Below, in pieces: positions 58,435 to 64,000 of a stretch of DNA of 64,000 bases. Origin of the DNA: Pseudomonadota bacterium (GTDB taxonomy: Bacteria; Pseudomonadota; Gammaproteobacteria; Burkholderiales; Burkholderiaceae_D). Position numbers and translations under genes: made by a program. The notes under the pieces are model-generated. The model was not told the origin of the DNA. It was given only the letters and a program-made list of their open reading frames with translations, and did not search any database. The stretch is taken from NCBI GenBank assembly GCA_040390915.1, contig JAZJXM010000005.1, positions 23,343 to 87,342 of the forward strand, given 5' to 3'. Within the stretch, counting starts at the first letter, position 1. Every line of letters starts with the position of its first letter.

Positions 58435-59636
58435 CAGCTCTGCTTTGGCTTGGCTTCTTCGCGGCGGTTGTAACCGGCCACCATGTCGAACCTGAACAAA
58501 CGGCATTCGAGGGCGCCGTTGAAGAACGGCGTCTTGCGCGCTTCTTTCAGGCGCAGCAGCTTGGGCAGCGACAGGTCGGCGGTGAACAGGAACACGGTCC
58601 AGCCGGCGAAGCGCTGCTTGAGCGTGGTGCCCAGCGATGCGTAGAACGCGACCGACATGTCGTCGGCCGGGATGGTGCTGTCGCCGCGCACGCCGATGCG
58701 CTCGCCGTACGGCGGGTTGGTCAGGAAAATGCCAGGCTGCTCGGTCGGTGGCTTGACTTCCTGCGCCTCGATCTGCTTGAGCGGCACGTCGAACATGATG
58801 CCGGCCACGCGCAGGTTGTGGCGCGTCATTTCGACCATGTCGCCCGAAATATCGCTGCCGAAAATGGTGGGTTCAAGCGGCAACGGCAGCGGCTTGATGG
58901 CGTTCTTCATGTCCTGCCATGGGCCGGCCTGGAAGCCGTTGAATTTTTCAAACGCGAAGCTGCGGCGCGCGCCGGGCGGAATGCCCTGCACCATCTGGGC
59001 CGCTTCGACCAGGATGGTGCCGGAGCCGCACATCGGGTCGAACAGCACGGTGCCCGGCTTCCAGCCGGCCACGCGCAGCATGCCGGCCGCCAGGTTTTCG
59101 CGCAGCGGCGCGTCGCCCGTCTCTTCGCGCCAGCCGCGCTTGAACAGGGCTTCGCCCGAAGTGTCCAGGTACAGCGTGAAATTGCGCGCGTCGAGGAAGC
59201 CGACAATGCGCATGTCAGGCTCGCTGGTGTTGACCGACGGGCGCTTGTTGAACTGGTCGCGGAAGCGGTCGCAGATCGCGTCCTTGATCTTGAGGGTGGT
59301 GAATTCGAGGCTGCGCAGCGGCGACTTGATGGCCGTGACGTCAACCCGGATCGTATGGTCCACATCGAACCAGTCTTCCCATGGCTGCGCCAGGGCCAGG
59401 TCGTAGATGTCGTTCTCGTTGTTATAGCTCTTGTGGGCCATGCGCATCAGCACGCGCGAGGCGATGCGCGAATGCAGGTTGATGCGGTACGAGTCGTGCA
59501 GCTCGCCCGAGCAGTGCACGCCGCCGGGCACCTGGTTATGCACTTTCAAGGTGCTGCTGGTAAGCGCGATCTCGCCCAGTTCTTCGGCTAGTGCCGCTTC
59601 CATGCCGCGTGGGCAAGGACAAAAAAATGAAGCCAT
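58434..59636 (-). CDS. THUMP-domain class I SAM-dependent RNA methyltransferase (RlmL-like)
   Basis: MASFFCPCPRGMEAALAEEL..., DPMCGSGTILVEAA and NPPYGERIG motifs. Start chosen at the internal ATG 59636. Confidence 0.85.
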   Translation of the reverse strand: MASFFCPCPRGMEAALAEELGEIALTSSTLKVHNQVPGGVHCSGELHDSYRINLHSRIASRVLMRMAHKSYNNENDIYDLALAQPWEDWFDVDHTIRVDVTAIKSPLRSLEFTTLKIKDAICDRFRDQFNKRPSVNTSEPDMRIVGFLDARNFTLYLDTSGEALFKRGWREETGDAPLRENLAAGMLRVAGWKPGTVLFDPMCGSGTILVEAAQMVQGIPPGARRSFAFEKFNGFQAGPWQDMKNAIKPLPLPLEPTIFGSDISGDMVEMTRHNLRVAGIMFDVPLKQIEAQEVKPPTEQPGIFLTNPPYGERIGVRGDSTIPADDMSVAFYASLGTTLKQRFAGWTVFLFTADLSLPKLLRLKEARKTPFFNGALECRLFRFDMVAGYNRREEAKPKQS

Positions 59637-59675
59637 GGTGTACCCTTTATCCGTTGTGAAAATTGTTTTCGCCGA

Positions 59676-59702
59676 CGTCATCCCCGCGCAGGCGGGGACG
59701 AT
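59676..59702. repeat. Short GC hairpin, REP-like
   Basis: TCCCCGC-GCAG-GCGGGGA with partially complementary flanks, between the DsbA-like gene stop and the methyltransferase start. Confidence 0.4.
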
Positions 59703-59709
59703 GTTACGG

Positions 59710-60306
59710 CTACAATGCGCGCTCGACAAAATCGAGCCGGTCCTGGCCCCAGAAGGCCTCGCCATCGACCACATACCAGGGCACGCCGAAGACGTTGGCA
59801 GCCATCGCGTCGTCGGTGTTCCTGTCGTACTGTTCCTGCATGCCAGCCGTTTCCGCAGCCTTGAGCAGCATGCGCCCATCGAGACCGCACAAGTCGGCCA
59901 CCTGCACCAAAGCGGCGTCGTCGGCGATATTTTTTTCTTCGGCCCACAAGGCGCGCATTAGCGCGCCGGCCAGCGTCAACGCTGCGTCGGCGCCCAGGCC
60001 CGTGCGCGCCGCGATGATCAGTTTGGCAGCCTGCTCCGGGGGCGCCGGGAAAAACTTCGGCTGCGCATTGAGCGGCAAATTCAGATGCGCCGCCCAGCGC
60101 GCCATTTCCTGCAAGCGGTAGGCTTGACGCTGCGGCGCGCGCTTGGACAGCGGCAAGCCGCCAGACACGCTGAATACCTTGCCCAGGTCGAACGGCTTGA
60201 TGTCGACCTGTGCATCATGGGCCTTGGCCAGCGCCACCAGCCGATCGTGGCCCAGGTACGCGAAGGGCGACATCGGCGTCATGAAATAGGTGATCGTCTT
60301 GCCCAT
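59710..60306 (-). CDS. 2-hydroxychromene-2-carboxylate isomerase / DsbA-like thioredoxin-fold protein
   Basis: ITYFMTPMSPFAYLGHDRL... and FGVPWYVVDGEAFWGQDRLDFVERAL are typical of this family. Confidence 0.8.
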   Translation of the reverse strand: MGKTITYFMTPMSPFAYLGHDRLVALAKAHDAQVDIKPFDLGKVFSVSGGLPLSKRAPQRQAYRLQEMARWAAHLNLPLNAQPKFFPAPPEQAAKLIIAARTGLGADAALTLAGALMRALWAEEKNIADDAALVQVADLCGLDGRMLLKAAETAGMQEQYDRNTDDAMAANVFGVPWYVVDGEAFWGQDRLDFVERAL

Positions 60307-60317
60307 GCCAGTCCCGT

Positions 60318-60734
60318 TTAGAAAGGTTTGACCACGACCAGGATCACGATCGCGAGCAGCAGCAGTGCCGGCACTTCATTGAAATAGCGGTACCAGGTGT
60401 GCGAACGCACATTGACGCCTTTTTCAAATTTGCGCAGCAGCGAGCCGCATGCATGATGGTAGCCAATCGCGAGCAGCACCAGCGCCAGCTTGGCGTGCAG
60501 CCAGCCGCCGTGAAAGATATCGCGCCAGCCCAGCCACAAGCCCACGCCCAGCAGCACTGCGGGCACCGACAGCAGCGTCATGAAGCGGTACAGCTTGCGG
60601 CCCATCAGCAGCATGCGCGCAGTGCTGGCCGGGTCGGTTTCCATCGCCAGGTTGACGAAAATGCGCGGCAGGTAAAACAGGCCTGCGAACCACGAGGCGA
60701 CGAAGAAAATGTGCAGTGCTTTGATCCAGAGCAT
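60318..60734 (-). CDS. hemJ: HemJ-type protoporphyrinogen oxidase (CopD-like small membrane protein)
   Basis: MLWIKALHIFFVASWFAGLFYLPRIFVNLA and four helices. 138 aa. Confidence 0.75.
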   Translation of the reverse strand: MLWIKALHIFFVASWFAGLFYLPRIFVNLAMETDPASTARMLLMGRKLYRFMTLLSVPAVLLGVGLWLGWRDIFHGGWLHAKLALVLLAIGYHHACGSLLRKFEKGVNVRSHTWYRYFNEVPALLLLAIVILVVVKPF

Positions 60735-60742
60735 GAGTGTCC

Positions 60743-62008
60743 TTAAGAGCGAATTTCGCCGTGGCCGAACACCACGTACTTGAGCGAGGTCAGGCCTTCC
60801 AGTCCGACCGGGCCGCGCGCGTGCAGCTTGTCGTTGGAGATGCCGATTTCGGCGCCCAGGCCGTATTCGAAGCCGTCAGCGAAACGGGTCGAGGCGTTGA
60901 CCATGACCGAGGCCGAGTCGACTTCGCGCAAGAAGCGCAGCGCGTCGCTGTAGTCTTCGGTGATGATGGCGTCGGTGTGCTTGGACGAATAGGTATTGAT
61001 ATGGTCGATCGCTTCGTCCATGTCGGCCACGACCTTGATCGCCAGCACCGGCGCCAGGTATTCGGTGCGCCAGTCTTCCTCAAGCGCCGCGACCAGGTGC
61101 GGGTAGCCGGCCAGCAGCGCGTAGCTTTCCGGATCGGCGCGCAGTTCGACTTCCTTGGTGGCGTACAGCGCGGCCAGCTGCGGCAGCACGCTAGGGGCGA
61201 TCGCGCGTGCCACCAGCAGCGTTTCCATGGTATTGCAGGTGCCGTAGCGGTGGCACTTGGCGTTGAAAGCGATCGGCAGCGCCTTGGCCAGGTCGGCCTT
61301 GGCGTCGATGAACACGTGGCAGATGCCGTCCAGGTGCTTGATCATCGGGACCGTGGCCTCGTCCATCAGGCGCGCGATCAGGCCCTTGCCGCCGCGCGGG
61401 ACGATCACGTCCACATATTGCGGCATGGTGATCAGGGCGCCCACCGCAGCGCGGTCGATGGTGTCGACGATTTGCACGCCATCAGCCGGCAGGCCGGCGC
61501 CGAGCAGGCCTTCGGCCACGATTTTCGCCAGGGCGCGGTTGCAGTTGATCGCTTCCGAGCCACCGCGCAGGATGGTGGCGTTGCCGCTCTTGATGCACAG
61601 GCCGGCCGCGTCCACCGTCACGTTGGGACGCGCTTCGTAGATGATGCCGATCACGCCCAGCGGCACGCGCATCTGGCCAACCTGGATGCCGCTCGGACGG
61701 AACTTCATGTTCGAAATTTCGCCGATCGGGTCGGGCAGCGCGACGATCTGGCGCAAGCCTTCGACCATGGTGGCAATCGCCGCGTCGGATAGCGCCAGGC
61801 GGTCCAGCATGGCCGGGGCAAGGCCGGCGGCGCGCGCCGCATCGAGATCGACCTGGTTGGCCGCGCGCAGCAGGGCCGCATCGCGCTGAACCGCGTCGGC
61901 GATCAGCAGCAGCGCGCGGTTGCGCGTGGCGCTGTCGGCGCGTGCCATCGCGCGCGAAGCGGCGCGGGCGCGTTGGCCGACATCAGTCATGTATTCGGTG
62001 ATATTCAT
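60743..62008 (-). CDS. proA: Gamma-glutamyl phosphate reductase
   Basis: Start at [19 protein letters not shown]. Aldehyde dehydrogenase-like with CNTMETLLV and the ProA layout. Confidence 0.93.
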   Translation of the reverse strand: MNITEYMTDVGQRARAASRAMARADSATRNRALLLIADAVQRDAALLRAANQVDLDAARAAGLAPAMLDRLALSDAAIATMVEGLRQIVALPDPIGEISNMKFRPSGIQVGQMRVPLGVIGIIYEARPNVTVDAAGLCIKSGNATILRGGSEAINCNRALAKIVAEGLLGAGLPADGVQIVDTIDRAAVGALITMPQYVDVIVPRGGKGLIARLMDEATVPMIKHLDGICHVFIDAKADLAKALPIAFNAKCHRYGTCNTMETLLVARAIAPSVLPQLAALYATKEVELRADPESYALLAGYPHLVAALEEDWRTEYLAPVLAIKVVADMDEAIDHINTYSSKHTDAIITEDYSDALRFLREVDSASVMVNASTRFADGFEYGLGAEIGISNDKLHARGPVGLEGLTSLKYVVFGHGEIRS

Positions 62009-62061
62009 GATTCGATTTTTGTGCGTTGAGGCGAAATATGTATCACTTTCGCCGGTGGTGA

Positions 62062-63078
62062 TCAGCCGCGCGCGACCTTGAGCGCCAGCTGCAGCATCGC
62101 ATCCCAGGCGTCGCCGGCGAACGTTTTGGCGCGCAAGCCCTTGATCATCTTGTCGACCTGGGCGGCGTCCTGCAGTGCCTTTTCCAGCGTGGCCAGCGAA
62201 ATGCGGCGCAGCGCCGGTTCCATCATGCGTTCTTTCGGGCCCCAGATGCGGTGCTCCTTGAGCAGCATGCCAAGCGGCCTGCCCTGCGCCATCCCGGACT
62301 TCAATTTTAACAGCGTCCTGATTTCTTCGGCGACCGCCCACAAAACCAGCGGCAGCGCCTCGCCTTCGCCCTTCAGGCCCTCGAGCATGCGCACCAGGCG
62401 CGCAGGATCGCCCGCCAGCATTGCTTCGGACAGCTTGAACACGTCGTAGCGCGCCACATTGAGCACCGCGTCGTGGATTTGCTCGAACGTCAAGCGGCCC
62501 GGCTCATGCAGCAGGCCCAGTTTCTGGATTTCCTGGTGCGCCGCCAGCAGATTGCCTTCGACCCGGTCGGCGATGAAGTCCAGCCCCTGGCGGTCGGCGC
62601 TCTGGCCTTGCGCGGCCAGGCGCGTGCCGATCCAGTTGGGCAGCGCGGCCCGTTCGATGCTCGGGATTTCGATGTACACGGCCGCCTGCTGCAAGCTGCC
62701 GACCCAGGCCGCCTTGGCGGTCTGCCAGTCCAGCTTGGGCAGCGTGATCAGGGTCAGATTGTCCGGCGACAGGTCCTTGGTGTAGGCCTGCAGCGCGGCG
62801 CCGCCATCCTTGCCCGGCTTGCCGGTCGGGATGCGCAGCTCGATCAGCTTTTTATCGCCGAACAGCGACAGCGCCTGGTTGGCCGCTAGCAGCTCGCCCC
62901 ATTTGAAGGTGCGTTCGACGGTCAGCACATCACGCTCGGAATAGCCGTTGGCACGCGCGGCGCGGCGGATCTTGTCGGCCGCTTCGAGCGCCAGCAGATG
63001 CTCGTCGCTGGTGATCACGTACAGCGGCGCGATCGTTTTGGCGAGGTGGCCTTCCAGTGCATCAACGCGCAGCTGCAT
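62062..63078 (-). CDS. holA: DNA polymerase III subunit delta
   Basis: 338 aa. [21 protein letters not shown] and the HolA layout, in the conserved position after lptE. Confidence 0.88.
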   Translation of the reverse strand: MQLRVDALEGHLAKTIAPLYVITSDEHLLALEAADKIRRAARANGYSERDVLTVERTFKWGELLAANQALSLFGDKKLIELRIPTGKPGKDGGAALQAYTKDLSPDNLTLITLPKLDWQTAKAAWVGSLQQAAVYIEIPSIERAALPNWIGTRLAAQGQSADRQGLDFIADRVEGNLLAAHQEIQKLGLLHEPGRLTFEQIHDAVLNVARYDVFKLSEAMLAGDPARLVRMLEGLKGEGEALPLVLWAVAEEIRTLLKLKSGMAQGRPLGMLLKEHRIWGPKERMMEPALRRISLATLEKALQDAAQVDKMIKGLRAKTFAGDAWDAMLQLALKVARG

Positions 63079-63087
63079 CGTGTGTTC

Positions 63088-63588
63088 TCAAGTCGGTTTG
63101 ACGGCGGCCAGGCGGCGCAGAATCTGCTGCACCAGGTCGGTCTGCATGTCGCGGTACAGCAGCGCTTCTTCGGATTCCTTGGCTAGCACTTGCGCTTCGT
63201 TGAAGGTCAGCGGACGCTTGAGCATGATCTCGGTCGCGCCCAGAACTTCTTCACCCTTGGCGTCGCGCACCCGGAACACCAGCGTGTAGGTGAGCATGTA
63301 TTCGCGCACCCGGCCCTGGCTGTTGAGCGACAAGATGGCCTTGGAGCGCCCTTCGGACACCACCTCGAACGTCGCCTCGGCCTTGGCCGGGTCGGCCACC
63401 ACTTCCACCTTGTCGCTGCCGCGCAGATTGCGCCGCAGTTCGGTGCCCAGCGACGAATTGTCGGGGAACGCCAGGTAGATGGTCTTGAACGGCATGTTGT
63501 AGGCGCTGCCGGAGCCGCGCAGCTGGAAGCCGCAGGCGCTCAAGGCAAGCAGCGCCAGCGCGCAGACGAGGGTGCGAAGGTTCGTCAT
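63088..63588 (-). CDS. lptE: LPS-assembly lipoprotein LptE
   Basis: Lipobox LALSAC followed by GFQLRG. 166 aa, between leuS and holA. Confidence 0.85.
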   Translation of the reverse strand: MTNLRTLVCALALLALSACGFQLRGSGSAYNMPFKTIYLAFPDNSSLGTELRRNLRGSDKVEVVADPAKAEATFEVVSEGRSKAILSLNSQGRVREYMLTYTLVFRVRDAKGEEVLGATEIMLKRPLTFNEAQVLAKESEEALLYRDMQTDLVQQILRRLAAVKPT

Positions 63589-63589
63589 G

Positions 63590-64000
63590 TCAGACCACGA
63601 TCGAAATGAGCTTGCCCGGCACCACGATCACCTTTTTCGGCGGCGTCTCGATGTACTTTTGCACCGCCTCGCAGGCCAGCGCCAGCGCTTCGATGGCCGC
63701 CTTGTCCATGTCCTTGGCCACTTTGATCGAGCCGCGCAGCTTACCGTTCACCTGGATCATCATTTCGATCTCGGCCTGCTCAAGCGCGGCCGGATCGACC
63801 TGCGGCCATTGCACATCGAGGATGTCGCCATGCACGGCCGCGTAACCGAGTTCCTGCCACAGCACGTGGGTGATGTGGGGAGCGACCGGATTGAGCACGC
63901 GCAGGAAAATCGACAGGCCTTCGGCGACGACCGCATCGGTGGCGGCGCCGTCGTCCAGCTTGGCCGACTCCATCGTGTTGAGCATCTTCATGCAGGCCGA
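63590..64000 (-). CDS. leuS: Leucine--tRNA ligase, C-terminal fragment (5' part beyond the window end)
   Basis: ...LNPVAPHITHVLWQELG...MIQVNGKLRGSIKVAKDMDK...KKVIVVPGKLISIVV is the LeuS C-terminal domain. Confidence 0.9.
   Translation of the reverse strand, partial: SACMKMLNTMESAKLDDGAATDAVVAEGLSIFLRVLNPVAPHITHVLWQELGYAAVHGDILDVQWPQVDPAALEQAEIEMMIQVNGKLRGSIKVAKDMDKAAIEALALACEAVQKYIETPPKKVIVVPGKLISIVV

Noticed and set aside
59640-59710. Hairpin TCCCCGC-GCAG-GCGGGGA as an intrinsic terminator
   Set aside because: No T-run follows on the relevant (minus) strand. It is more consistent with a short REP-like element, and it is listed only as a low-confidence repeat.

Overview
High-GC chromosomal segment, probably from a betaproteobacterium. 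The Burkholderiales / Oxalobacteraceae guess is an inference from gene content and order only. The window is densely coded and mostly housekeeping: the heat-shock locus grpE-dnaK-dnaJ with two textbook sigma-32 promoters, hemH, recN-nadK behind a LexA box, gloA, a tolC-rhodanese-methyltransferase cluster, uppP, recQ, trmB, proA-holA-lptE-leuS. It also contains a copper homeostasis block (copA-cueR plus a divergent copZ / TolC-like / multicopper oxidase module), several two-component and c-di-GMP signalling modules, and a TonB-dependent receptor.

The clearest accessory region is a decayed ~4.6 kb islet at the 3' end of tRNA-Gly(CCC) (32908-37558). It is bounded by a 48-nt direct repeat of the tRNA 3' half. 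It holds two integrase 3' stubs, a truncated Fic gene with a degenerate motif, a same-strand run of orphan ORFs, and three copies of an unexplained intergenic repeat.

Other points worth follow-up:
- A BRO-N-like membrane protein translationally coupled to copA-cueR.
- A stand-alone EF-Tu domain III-like protein.
- An orphan mini flagellar-rod-like protein.
- A degenerate HATPase + Hpt gene pair.
- A DUF4130-UdgX-like (KRRMH motif) fusion with no radical-SAM partner nearby.
- An HDOD-GAF kinase / REC-PAS-GGDEF-EAL / ~13x Sel1 operon.
- A 34-bp perfect-stem hairpin between recQ and trmB.

No rRNA, CRISPR array or intact IS/transposase was seen. Many long ORFs in the six-frame track are antisense or out-of-frame artefacts of high GC content and were rejected. 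All calls rest on reading the translations and the DNA by eye; no database search or statistic was run.
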